From Octopus sinensis (taxonomy: Eukaryota): DNA of 64,000 nucleotides. Location: positions 55,428,001-55,492,000 of the forward strand of contig NC_043012.1 of the NCBI RefSeq assembly GCF_006345805.1, given 5' to 3'. Under the pieces are notes generated by a model. That model had not been told where the DNA came from, made no database searches, and saw only the letters and a list, made by a program, of their open reading frames with translations. The position numbers and the translations under genes were made by a program. Of this stretch, positions 52,640 to 64,000 are shown piece by piece; positions within the stretch are counted from its first letter, which is position 1; each line of letters begins with the position of its first letter.

Positions 52640-52821
52640 CTATATATATATTTATTTAAAAGCAGCAGAAATATAACAAAACTGCCCGACGAACGGGAAC
52701 GTGAAACTCTGAGTAACAGCTTTTGATATATTTCTGCTGCTTTTAAACAAAGCATATTAATCTACCTCTGGTATTTGAGTACTCTTTTTTCCACCTTGTT
52801 TCACATTTATGTGCTTACTCC

Positions 52822-52825
<4 letters not shown>
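52640..52825 (+). mobile_element. pLTR fragment with HHR (52682-52719) enclosed by an inverted repeat
   Basis: CCGACGA-acg-ggaa-cgt-GAAAC-TCTGA-GTA-acag; IR tttaaaagcagcagaaatata / tatatttctgctgcttttaaa; 3' end abuts (TA)n. Confidence 0.68.
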
Positions 52826-52855
<30 letters not shown>

Positions 52856-52858
<3 letters not shown>

Positions 52859-54057
52859 TAATATCATAGAGTGAACTGTTAGAGATGATATGTCATTATT
52901 CAGAGTTTCATACTCGGAACCGCTAAAAGTATCATGAAACGAATACGAACTCAACTTCTTACTTGAACATTAACATCATATATAACTTGTTATTTCCTCA
53001 CTATGTCCAGTAATGCATTATGGGATCGGAAATATAATAAGGGTCATAATCATTACATGTATTGCTGGGATCTATTTTCCTTCGACTAGTTAAACATAAA
53101 ACATATAAGACTTCTAGGATTTATATAATTTACCAAAGAAGAAGGCTGTTAAATGATATTATTGGTGTTTGTCAATATGGAAAGTTTATGAGTGGAAATA
53201 ATTAAGGTGGCTATGACTGTATTGATATATGTTATTGTGAATTACAGATAGGAAATGACGTTATAAAACGCCAGACCCCATAGATATCAGGAGTATCCCA
53301 TTGTGAGTTAAAACTGAGGAGGAAAATAGAAACAGTTGATTGCTCCTGCTAAATAGTTATGGGAAATGGTGTAATCTCCTTATGCTTCAGTAAGTATTTA
53401 TTGAAGTGGTGACATTTAGTGAAGAGTTCTGATCTGACATTTAAGTAAGAGAGCTCGAAACTTTTTTGTAGCTTTTTGTATGGTCTGTATCTGATGAAAA
53501 TCTTCCACTTCATATCACGTGTATTAATGTTCTTCTAAATACCAGATATTATCAGATAGTTTTGTTGCGATCTTCGTTTCTATATTTCTGAAGGAAGAAG
53601 TATCATTGTTTGGTTTTACTTTCCACCATACTTACATCTTTTCATACAAGTAGTGGTGATTTCTTCCGCATTCATTATCATTTCAGCATTGCATACCTAA
53701 TTAAGTGGGAACGCATTTATTTCTACATTTGCCATTAGCTTCTATTAATTTAGCTAGTGTGTTTGTTAATCTTTAATTGACGGTACAGCTATAACACAGC
53801 TTAATGCTATTGCTGTTCAATAATTTTCTGTATCGATAGTTGATGCAATATTTATTAAGAGTAGGAAGATTTGAGCAATGTTAAACTTAACATTCAAAAA
53901 GGTAGGGAAGTGTGAACGAGATAATATTGCGGCACTGCCTCATACTGCTTGGCAGAGATTTAGGATCATACACGAGCTTATCATTAAATGTGCTAGCATC
54001 TAGTGCTTTATTGTAGTAGAGAACTGCATTGTGGAAATCATTTTCGACAGTTCGTAA
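52856..54057 (-). pseudogene. Degenerate PLE thumb/GIY-YIG fragment plus 3' region, probably Naiad-like
   Basis: FHNAVLYYNKALDAS.FNDKLVY; RNIISF..PY; NVKFNIAQIFL; KLLNSNSIKLCYSC; KCRNKC; SSFRN..T..ATKLS..IWYL; LNVRSELFTKCHHFNKYLL. Confidence 0.8.
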
Positions 54058-54460
54058 AGTGGCTGTGTGGTAAGTAGCTTGCTTACCAACCACATGGTTC
54101 TGGGTTCAATCCCACTGCGTGACAACTTGGGCAAGTGTCTTTTACTATAGCCTCGGGCCGACCAAAGCCTTGTGAGTGGATTTGGTAGATGGAAACTGAA
54201 AGAAGCCCGTCGTATATATGTACATGTTTGTGTGTGTGTGTTTGTGTGTCTGTGTTTGCCCCCCCCCCAACATCGCTTGACAACTGATGCTGGTGTGTTT
54301 ACGTCCCCGTAACTTAGCGGTTTGGCAAAGGAGACCGATAGAATAAGTACTAGGCTAACAAAGAATAAGTCCTGGGGTCGATTTGCTCGACTAAAGGCGG
54401 TGCTCCAGCATGGCCGCAGTCACATGACTGAAACTAGTAAAAGAGTAAAAGAGTAAAGAG
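54058..54460 (+). mobile_element. SINE family B, essentially full length
   Basis: Head, core, internal (TG)n and (AAGAGTA)-like tail are all present. Confidence 0.92.
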
Positions 54461-54916
54461 TATATAATTAATTAGATTTTTTTTAATTATGAAAGAATGA
54501 CAGGAATCTATATTAATAATATGTCATTAGGTTTGACACATAGTTTGTGAATAATTCGTTTTCTTTTTTTTTTTTTTTCAACGATTGAACTCTAAATATA
54601 AAAATTATAACAGCATGTATTGGACTAAACGTTGGATTAAAAGGCTGCTCGTGAGACAAATTTATAACTCATATACCATTATCGGACACAATGAGAAAAT
54701 AACATTCCATATAAGTCGTTGATGTTCAAGTAAACGGTTAAGTTTTCGTTCGTCTGATATAGTTTGTATTTGTCTGTGGTTCGCTTGCTAGTAAAGTCTA
54801 GGAAATTTAAATATGTAAGTTACTGGTGATAGTTATATTTTGATGAGATTTTTGAAGCAGTTAATATGGTACTTTCTGGGTGTGTCTAATGTACGTCAAA
54901 TGACACACATTAGATA

Positions 54917-55429
54917 CAAAAGGTCAATAAATACTTGCCATTACATTTTTAATCAACCAAATATGAACCATTTTGTTGCACAATGCGTGTCCATCTTTCT
55001 TTTAACTTGAAAATACCCTCTTCCCAGAATCGAGGTGGTTTCATGGCAAAGAATTCATCAAGGTATCTTTTTAAGTCATCCAAGGAATTGAAATTTTTAC
55101 CATTAAGACTATTCTGCAGAGACCTGAATGAGTGGAAATCCGACAGAGCAATATCTGGTGAATATGGAGGGTGAGGTAACACATCCCAGCCGAGCTGCAG
55201 CAATTTTTGCCTGGTTCCCAAAGCATCAAGTACCGAAAATGGACTTTCTTATCTTCCATTTTAAAGGGTTACAGAATTAACACAGGTTATAGAAACATAA
55301 ACCTTCTTCCACGAAAAGATAGATTAAACTGTGCTCTAAATAGAGGTGTAGTCAAATCCTATTTTATCGACTCAACCATGTTCTAAAATAAGTCGAAAGA
55401 TAAGCTACACGAACTTTACGGACAACCAA
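54917..55429 (-). mobile_element. Second copy of the deleted mariner at 1399-1964
   Basis: Same N/C-terminal fusion; left TIR lost, right TIR degenerate (acgaactttacggacaaccaa-TA). Confidence 0.92.
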
Positions 55430-56170
55430 TAGTATATTGAACACAGATTTGTCTGACTGAAGATACAATGAAAAGAAATGAAAGCATCTAGATCGGATAA
55501 TACTTTTTGTTATCCGTGCAATAAACCTTTCATGTTTTCCTGTAATGGAAATTTAGTGAGTATGTACATTCACTCACTAAATTAATCAAATTCAGTCCAA
55601 CTTCAAGACAGTTATCGTGAAAGTTTGTTAAGATATCTATTCCTCGCGTTCTACCTATAAGAGTACCCAAAGCCAGTAACTCTTCGTAGCAAATAAAATC
55701 TTCTGTTATGGTCCAAATGAAGTATAAAACCTGCGCTGAGTCAGTAGTATCAGTTGATTCATCGAAAGCGGTGGAATGATATATATTACCTTTTGAAGTA
55801 TTGTGTGAAGTTGTTCTATTGTGTTGAGGGCTAATTCATGCTGCCGGTCAGTTATGGTTCTCCTAAAAAAAGGAAGTTGCTTGTACTTTGAAACTTTATC
55901 GGGGTTTAAGCATCCTACAACTTCGACAACGTATTCTTTTACGATTTCCACATCGCTGAATGGCTTCTTTTTCCCCGAGTATATAAACCACTCCATAAGT
56001 TGCTTCAGTGACATTGTTTCCGTGTCTTACCTCTGCTTGAAATAACTGTCTTTGCTTTCGCTTTTCATCTTTTAATTTCGCACCCCTCTTTCTAATTTGA
56101 AACATTTGTGGTTCTTATGAGTGGCATAATGCTGATGTACATTGCATTTCTTCAATGTTGATATTGCAAT

Positions 56171-57086
56171 TGTAATGAATGGCTCCTTAGTACATCACAC
56201 GGTCAATACAATAAATATAAAAAGGGTAATACAAAAATGTGCCAGAGGGGAAAGTGAGACACATAACCGAGTAGAATGTTTAAGAAAAGATTTATTGATA
56301 TGTTAACAAGTGTGTCTGTGTCTGCATCATGTATACAGAATAATAGACAGGCCGTCATGAGAACAAAGTGTATGTTGTATAGGCATGGATGTATGTGTGT
56401 GCGTTACGTACTTGAGAAGTTAGACTAATGTCCATAGTCACAAGAATGAGAAATACCAGTTCGGTGATTGAAATACTGTATCAAGAGGTTGCGGCCATGA
56501 TGCTGAGCCGGTTGCAGTACATGTCATACGGGAAGTTGTTGCTGTAATGCTGCTGCCTGGGTCACTTGGTACAGGAGTTCTCACAGGTTGTATATTTGCT
56601 GTTGATCCATGGTGAAGTAATTCTCGAACAGTGCAGTATTGAGACCTGTGCGAGCTGCTTGTTGAGCTGTGTACGTAGAGATGATGTTGACTACGTTAAG
56701 AAGATGAAGGTGGCGACGAAGACGGAGGTCGCCGTAATGCTGTTGGACGGGTGTCGTCGTCTGACGTTGTCGCTGGAACTGGCTGTGTTTTGTGTGGTCG
56801 ATGGCTAGACCTTAAAAGGTCTGAAACCAAAGACTCGAGACGAAAAGAAACTGGGTTTTTATAAGGAGCTATAGATTCAAAACTGCGTTGAGAACGTGAT
56901 TTATTTAGGGGCACCGATTAGTTATACGCAGCGAATTGGCGCGACAGAGTAAGAGACAAATTGCGCCAATACCAACCAATCAGAGTAATGGACGCAACGG
57001 GGTCCAAATAGAGGTCAAAGGCTAGCTGCACATATATATATATAATAAAAGGGAAAGAGGAATTTCACTCTAGTGTTCGCTAGACA
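56171..57086 (-). mobile_element. LTR-like insertion (candidate solo LTR) inside the hAT gene
   Basis: TG...CA ends (alternatively a CAAT direct repeat at 56167-56170 / 57085-57088); removing it rejoins the hAT zinc-finger-like motif in frame. Confidence 0.6.
56856..56983 (-). promoter_or_regulatory. Pol II promoter-like motifs in the LTR-like insert
   Basis: TATAAAAA at 56863-56856; ATTGGCGC/GCGCCAAT inverted pair at 56935-56970; AACCAATCAG at 56974-56983; downstream AATAAA at 56296-56291. Confidence 0.5.
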
Positions 57087-57431
57087 ATAATGCAAAGCAA
57101 ACAAATAATCTTATCTTCAGCAGAGAAAAAACAATATTGCAGTCCCCAATCCTCATTAAAACCTGTTTTCTTCCTTCAGCGTTTTCTTGGTCTTCTTTCA
57201 CACGATGGACTGTGAAGCTGACAAAATAAGAATAATAAAATATATATATATACACGAGTACGGTCAGGCTGTGTAACTACTCTCAAATTCCACTTCAAAT
57301 GGAAAGTCACGTGCACCGTTGTCACAAGTCCATAATCATTAGCGTACTTGATCGCCACAGGCTCTCATTAACCAGTATCGGGAGCCAATCAGGTGAGAAA
57401 GTTAACGTACATTCTGGAGTTAGATTAGAAC

Positions 57432-57717
57432 TGAATAATAATAATATAATAATGAAATTATTGTATACAGTGCTCAGGTGCACCACAACTTGTCAGAAAG
57501 TGCATATAAAGTACATGCAGTAATGTAGAAATGTCTGGAAAGCGAACAATGTATGAGTCAGATACACGCTTGTGTGTGTATGGAGGGGAGAAAATCAAGT
57601 GTAGTGTTGGCGAATCTCAGGAAGCATGGAAGTTTTGAAGGATGCAGTGCTCCGACAACTAACAACCGATGCCGGCAGTTTGTTCCATGCTTCAGCAACT
57701 CTCAGCGTGAAAAAATG
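57432..57717 (-). mobile_element. CR1-type LINE 3' end
   Basis: HFFTLRVAEAWNKLPASVVSCRSTASFK; ends in an (ATT)-like tail. Confidence 0.82.
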
Positions 57718-57939
57718 AGTGTAGCAGATGTCGAAATAGCCCTTATGGCTTACAATATTTTTAAAGTGGTGGTCAGTTGGAAAGGATTATTTCATTGAAT
57801 TTTCTTTTACTCTTTGGTATTTTAAATATATTCATTTTAAGATTGGAATAAAAATGATAAAGGACGAACAAAAACATGAATAAAAATGAGATTTATTCTG
57901 ACAGATTTGGATTCATTCAAAAGGCCACGCGTAATGGCC

Positions 57940-58640
57940 TAGAAGGCCGTTGGTTCCCCACTCCAGCCATAAACCCATCTTTCATCGTCAGTGATGATGG
58001 TTTTCATGAAGTCTGGGTCATGGTTTACACAGTCTAGCATGTCCTGAGCGATTTCCATTTGGAATTGCTTCTGCAGCTTCGCCTTGGGGACGAATTTCGC
58101 TGACACCCTTCGCATACACAAATCTTCCGTTAAAATGGAATGCACCGATCTTGTGCTTATTCCCACTTTGTGAGCAATTTCCTGGATTGTTACACATTGG
58201 TCTTCCATGACTATTCGCCAAACCTTCTCAATTGGCTCTTCGTTGTGGATGGCCTGCGTCAGCGTGTCTTGTTCTCCACTGAGGTGCGGCCGTGTCTGAA
58301 ACGGTTCTACCACTCATTGATTTGAATTTTGCCCATTGCATCATCGCCAAAGGCCTGGTGAATATTCTGTATGGTTTGAGCTTGAGTATCACCAAGCTTT
58401 AGGCAAGACGATACAATATCTCTGCTCAATGCGTTCGTAGAAACGAAAATCCGACGAACGCGCACTACACGTCCGTACTCTAGGTGTAACAACCCAGATC
58501 TGGGACGACTTACCAGCGTGAAATTTTTCATGCCTGCGCAGGAAAGGTGGCTTCATCTCCCACCCAAAGGATTTTGCCCACACAGCATTAGTTTTGGCGG
58601 TAAAAAAATAAAATCGGATACTTTTTTAATGCACTTTGTT
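57940..58640 (-). mobile_element. Mariner element of a different subfamily, 5' part with N-terminal transposase remnant
   Basis: IEQRYC..KLGDTQAQTIQ; TIQEIAHKVGIS..SVHSILTEDLCMRRVSAKFVPK; IITDDERWVYG; TIR-like caaagtgcattaaaaagtatccga at the 5' end. Confidence 0.88.
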
Positions 58641-58835
58641 TCAGATGTACTCTTTTCTAAAAAATTTTTTAAAGTCTCAAAAATTAACTCAGTTATGATA
58701 TGCCCACATGGACGTATTAGATGCATCCCAATTTTGGCTGTGTATATTCATGAAAAAAATGTGGGGTGTCTAATACGTTCGTGCGATTTTTTTTTTTTAA
58801 TGTAGTTAAATACGGTATTAATATTTTGTACAACG

Positions 58836-59052
58836 AAGGCGGTAGGATGGCAGAATCGTTAGCACGCCCGGCAAAGTTCTTAGCAGCATTTCGTCCGTCT
58901 TTACGTTCTGAGTTGAAATTTCGCCGAAGTAGGCTTAGCCTTTCATCCTTTCGAAATCGGTAGAATAAGTACCAGTTGTGCACTGGGGTCAAAGTAATCG
59001 ACTTACTTCCTCATCCGAAATTGCTGGTGTTGTGCCAAAATTTGAAACCAAT
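58836..59052 (+). mobile_element. SINE family A monomer (older)
   Basis: Head, core and tail present. Confidence 0.8.
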
Positions 59053-59924
59053 ATTTCGAACAACTACGAAATAAAGTACAAAATAATGTACTTTATTTTA
59101 TACAAAGGGAATGAAATGCAAGGCTGAGCGCAGTGTGAATTGAACTCATGTACTTTGTCCTTCGCTCTAACAACTCAGTTAATTTGCTACCATGTATATT
59201 GTACATGCAGTAACAGAGAGTGTGTAGGTTGGCGGTTTGCATGTCATTTTAGTTATTTCGATTCGGGTATTTTTGTTCTGCTGTAGGTGTGGTTTGTATA
59301 AGTGGTCAGCAGGAGGTTTGTGGTCTGGTCCGTGTGGATGTGCTCTATAGGCGTGGCTTGTGTAGGTGTCTTAGAGTGTGGTCTGTGTGTAATGTGTAGT
59401 GATATGAAGTGTACTTGATTGACTTTTGCTTTTCGTAGTTTGTATGAGCCACGTAGGCGTGGCATAACCCATAATGGAACTAGTAATATATTACTTGCTC
59501 ACCTCTGTTATTTCTTGTTTTGGGCAAACGTAGAAACTGCGAATGGTTCTTTGACTGTTCGTGTGTCGTTTTGCGTTCTTCACTGTCACACACACACACA
59601 CACACACAAGTGAAAATTAATGAGACACACCTGAGATTCTTCATCTGAGACCCTTAAATGAATGTATGTACCCACTTTGTTGTGGGCACCTACAAAACAG
59701 CATATGTAAAAAGTAATGACACACACACATACACCAGTGAAAACTTATGAGACATACCTGAGATTCTTTCATCAGAGACTCTTAAAATAAAAGTAGTCAC
59801 ACACACACACACCACACACACACACAGAGAAGTATAAGTGCAGATGCATAAACCTACATATATGTATGCACGAAGTCAACCACATACAAAACAACCCGGG
59901 AACTGTCTTAGCTCGCCGCCTTTA

Positions 59925-60718
59925 AATATATTCTTTTCTACTCTAGACACAAAGCCCGAAATTTTGCGGGAGGGGGCCAGTCGATAAGATCGACCCCAAT
60001 ACGCAACTGGTAATTAATTTATCGACCTCGAAAGGATGAAAGACGGAATTTGAACTTAGAATGTAAAGACAGATGAAATACCGCCAAGCATTACGCCCAG
60101 TGTGCTAACGTTTCTTATTTCTTTATTGCCCACAAGGGACTAAACACAGAGGGGACAAACAAGGACAGACAAAGGGATTAAGTCGATTACATCGACTCCA
60201 GTGCGTAAATGGTACTTAATTTATCGACCCCGGAAGGATGAAAGGCAAAGTCAACATCGGCGGAATTTGAACTCAGAACGTAGCGGCAGACGAAATACCT
60301 ATTTCTTTACTACCCACAAGGGGCTAAACACAGAGGGGACAAACAAGGACGGACAAACGGATTAAGTCGATTATATCGACCCCAGTGCGTAACTGGTACT
60401 TATTTAATCGACCCCGAAAGGATGAAAGGCAAAGTCGACCTCGGCGGAATTTGAACTCAGAATGTAACAGCAGACGAAATACCTATTTCTTTACTACCGA
60501 TAAGGGGTCTAAACACAGAGGGAACAAACAAGGACAGACAAACGGATTAAGTCGATTATATCGACCCCAGTGCTTAACTGGTACTTAATTTATCGACCCT
60601 GAAAGGGTGAAAAGCAAAGTCGACCTCGGCAGAATTTGAACTCAAAATATAACGGCAGAGGAAATACAGCTAAGCATAGCGCCCGGTGTGCTAACGTTTC
60701 TGCCAGCTCGCCGCCTTA
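59925..60718 (-). mobile_element. SINE family A trimer plus an adjacent monomer
   Basis: Junction gaaatacctatttcttt near 60292 and 60476; complete head ends at 60718. Confidence 0.9.
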
Positions 60719-60797
60719 CAAATAATACAATATTACATAAGTATTTTATAAGCATTTTATAAACATTCTGTTTTTTTTCTTTTCTGGAAACTCACCG

Positions 60798-60861
60798 CGT
60801 ACCGGTAGCTGATGGCTTGAGGACCGCACTGGTCTGCGGACCACCACTTTGAGTAGCTCTG
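60798..60861. mobile_element. hAT MITE terminal fragment
   Basis: gcggaccaccactttgagtagctctg resembles MER5/Charlie-type ends. Confidence 0.4.
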
Positions 60862-60963
60862 TTCTACAGCATTCTTCATATCACTCCTTAACTTATTTAT
60901 TCAAATTCGTACCATTGACTCATTTGAGTTATTCCCCATGGTTTATTTTAGATTTTGTCGTGT

Positions 60964-61373
60964 ATCTTTTACTTGTTTCAGTCATTAGACTGTGACCATG
61001 CTACAGCACCGCTTTGGAGAATTTTTAATCGAATGAATCGACTTCGATACTTTTCTTTCTTTTTTTTAAGGCTGGTACTGATTCTATCGGCCTCTTTTGC
61101 TGAACTGCTAAGTTGTGGGGGACATAAACACACCAACACCGGTTGTCAAGCAGTGATGGGGAACAAAAGCAGACACAAAGATACACACATATAGTTATAA
61201 AAATATGCATACATACGACGGGCTTCTTTCAGTTTCCACCTACTAAATCCACTTACAAGGCTTTGGTTGGCATGAGGCTATAGTAGAAGATATTTGCCCA
61301 AGGTACCACACAGTGGGACTGAACTCGAAGCCATGTGGTTGGAAGGCAAGCTTCTAACCACACCGCTGTGCCT
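60964..61373 (-). mobile_element. SINE family B
   Basis: Full collinear match to family B. Confidence 0.82.
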
Positions 61374-61424
61374 ATTTTTCTTTCTTTTTTTATTTTTAAT
61401 AATGCTTTCTTTCTTATATGTATT

Positions 61425-61647
61425 CTTTTATTTTTTGTTTTACTTGTTTGTCATTTGAAGTATCACCTTGAAGAATTCTTAGTCAAGTGTGTCGACCCCA
61501 AGACTTTTTTTTTTTGAAGCCTGGTACTCATTTTATTGGTCATTTTGCCGAACTGCTAAGTTACAGGAATATAAAGACACAAGCACCGGTTGTCAAGCAG
61601 TGGGGGGGGGATGAACAAACAGAGACACAAAAACACACACAAATGTA

Positions 61648-61682
<35 letters not shown>

Positions 61683-61825
61683 CAGGTTTCTTTCAGTTTC
61701 CACCTACCAAATCCATTCACAAGGCTTTGGTCAGCCTGAGGCTATAGTAGAAGACACTTACCCAATGTGCCACGCAGTGGGACTGAACCCAAAACCATGT
61801 AGTTATGAAGCAAGCTTCTTACTAT
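61425..61825 (-). mobile_element. SINE family B
   Basis: Full collinear match to family B. Confidence 0.82.
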
Positions 61826-62582
61826 ATTGTTGAGTATAAGCATTGAGTGTCTCTAATATTTTTGGGTCTTGCCAATGAAGTTGGAGTGATGCAGTACTCA
61901 CGACTCCAAGACCAAATGACCATATCACCCTTACTATTCTTGTCGAAGGCACATGGCTGTGATCAGAGCGTTGGGTTTGCTCCAAGTTCCCCTCCGAGGT
62001 ACAAGTATGGACAAGGGATTCTGCATGATTATTCACATCATGTAGAGCAAAGTAGTTTATTCGAGATAATTTAGTGGGCTCCATTCCAATCAGCCAAAAC
62101 ATGAGTACCAACAGTTAATCTAGGTTTAGCCTACAGAGTGGATTAGTCATTCAAATCGATCCCCAATACACATTTCAGTACAGTAACATTCTCCATCTGT
62201 CCAGTCGCTACTTTACGAAACATAAAGGAACACAAAGGCATCAAAATTCAGACCCATACAAACAGATTATTGTGATTGTCATCATGGTGGTTTCAACGTC
62301 CACTTTTTCCATGCTAGCATGGGTCAGATGGAATTTCTTGAGGCAATTATTTTATTTTTTACAGTCAGATGTCCCTCCTATCGCCAATCCTCACCTGTTT
62401 CCAAGCAAGGGAATATTTTCCTATAACTAGCCATTTCTTTTTTTTCATAGAAGTCAGGAAATGAACAACCCTGCTTGTATGACAATGATGCTCATTTACA
62501 ACCATCACATGATGTCTAGAACATGGTTACACACAAACACATGCACACAACCCACCCCCCATGACATCCTTACTATTTTCAC

Positions 62583-62920
62583 TGAAGACGCATAGCTCAG
62601 TGATTAGAGCATCAGGCTCACAATCATGAGTTAGTGAGTTCAATTCCCAGCCCAGACTGTGTGTTATGTTCTTGAGCAAAACACTTTATTTCATATTGCT
62701 CAAGTTCATTCAGCTGTAGAAATGAGTTGTGACACACTGGTGCCAAGTTGTACTGGTATTTACCTTTCCCTTGGACATCAGTGACATGAAAGGGGAGGCT
62801 GGTATGCATGAGCAACTGCTGGTCTTCCATAAGCAACCTTACCTGGACTTGTGCTTGGAAGGTAACTTTCTAGGTGCAATCCCATGGTCATTCATGACCG
62901 AAAGGGGTCTTTTACCTTTT
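62583..62920 (+). mobile_element. SINE family C-like element
   Basis: tagctcagtgattag (A box), gagttcaattccc (B box), ttcttgagcaaaacac core. Confidence 0.65.
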
Positions 62921-63036
62921 TATCAAATATCAGAATGTTAAAGAACAAAAAGAGGATGAAATATTGCAAGATATTTCATTTGGTACTTGTCTACTTTCAT
63001 CAGTTCATTGCTTGAAAAATGCCCCTTAACAACATA

Positions 63037-63205
63037 ATAATCATCATCATTATCATCTTCAGTTCACGTCTATTTTCCATGCCGACATAGTCAAGATGGT
63101 GTGATAGGATAAGACGAGCTGCAGGGCTATTTTGATATCCAATATCAGTTTTGGCAAGGTTTCTATGGCTGGATGCCCTTCCTAATGCCAACCACTTTAC
63201 AGTGT
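63037..63205 (-). mobile_element. RTE-like 3' tail fragment
   Basis: (CAT)n plus ggctggatgcccttcctaatgccaaccac, as at 14466-14790. Confidence 0.55.
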
Positions 63206-63779
63206 GTAGGCACCTGCTTTTCTTATGAATAAATAAATAAAATTAATAAAGAAAATGATGGAAGAACTAATAACTTCATAAAAGCAATTTTTAACTAAAA
63301 TAGACATCAAGTACTTTGGGTACTTCATAAAATCAAGATAAACATCTGGTACCTTAGGTACTTTTAGAGCTTAGAGTCCATGCTATTGCAAGCATCCAGG
63401 CCAGATCCCAATTTGAGAGCTTGAGGATATCTTCTTCCTACAAATGTTAGAGACCCAGAATAAAAAATAACAAAAGGATACGGGCATGGCCCTACACAAC
63501 CAGAGAGAGCACAGGAAAAAAAAACACATCTTATGGAATTGATATCTCTTTGAAACTTGAAAAACGAAGATGGAAAATACAGTTTTACTTTTAGAGGTAT
63601 CAACCATGGTATACAAAAGAGAAGACTGCAACCCCAGTATGGATGGGTGATGTGTAAAAAAGAATGATGATAGCTGGGTGAAAAAGTATTATATGATCTA
63701 AATCCGCTATTCTCAACTGGGGTCTATTTGGCCCCTGAGGGGGTCCATGCAACAAAATAGTAAACTGGAGATCCATAAT

Positions 63780-64000
63780 AGTATTTTAAGGGCCCCTGGA
63801 AAAATTTTGCTTTCAATTTATTGAAGAAACAACTAGCTTTCTTTCTCTAACATTTTACATTATTAATTGGGCATTCACCATATTATAAGTATTTTAAGGG
63901 CCTCTGAAAAAATTTTGCTTTCGATTTATTGAAGAAACAACTAGCTTTCTTTCTCTAACATTTTACATAGTTAATTGGGCATTCACCATATTATAAGTAT
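63780..64000. repeat. 108-bp tandem repeat continuing past the window end
   Basis: Units start at 63780, 63888 and 63996 (agtattttaagggcc...); preceded by a hAT-like start (ctattctcaactgggg) near 63704. Confidence 0.9.

Larger units (their letters stand above)
55562..57180 (-). pseudogene. hAT transposase (EPM2AIP1/GTF2IRD2-like group), N-terminal part, interrupted by an insertion
   Basis: FNEDWGLQYCFFSAEDKIICLLC | IAISTLKKCNVHQHYATH; KKKPFSDVEIVKE; AFDESTDTTDSAQVLYFI; frameshifted. Confidence 0.88.

Noticed and set aside
56238-57032. Alternative LTR boundaries TGTGC...GCACA
   Set aside because: No TSD, and excision at these points does not restore the hAT reading frame, whereas 56171-57084/57086 does.
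58760-58795. Mariner-TIR-like ggggtgtctaatacgttcgtgcgatttt
   Set aside because: An isolated degenerate end with no partner TIR or internal sequence.

Overview
A repeat-saturated, AT-rich animal genomic window with no host protein-coding exon that I can support. The SINE families and very high microsatellite load point to a cephalopod, probably Octopus (inference). Most ORFs in the six-frame track are translated microsatellites. The real coding remnants all come from transposons: a near full-length Neptune-like Penelope-like element (PLE; RT + GIY-YIG, 39585-44626) with ~620-bp direct terminal repeats, two more PLE endonuclease fragments, two CR1-type LINE 3' ends, an R4/Dong-like fragment, three mariner remnants, and a hAT transposase split by a ~915-bp LTR-like insertion carrying promoter motifs. 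The most striking signal is about 20 minimal type-I hammerhead-ribozyme (HHR) motifs from several unrelated PLE-type terminal-repeat families. Many lie in inverted (foldback) pairs, including a 327-bp palindrome with an intact canonical HHR in each arm, and most have their 3' ends fused to (TA)n tracts, often tail-to-tail from both sides. All structures and alignments were read by eye, not computed, so repeat boundaries are approximate unless TIR/TSD sequences are quoted.
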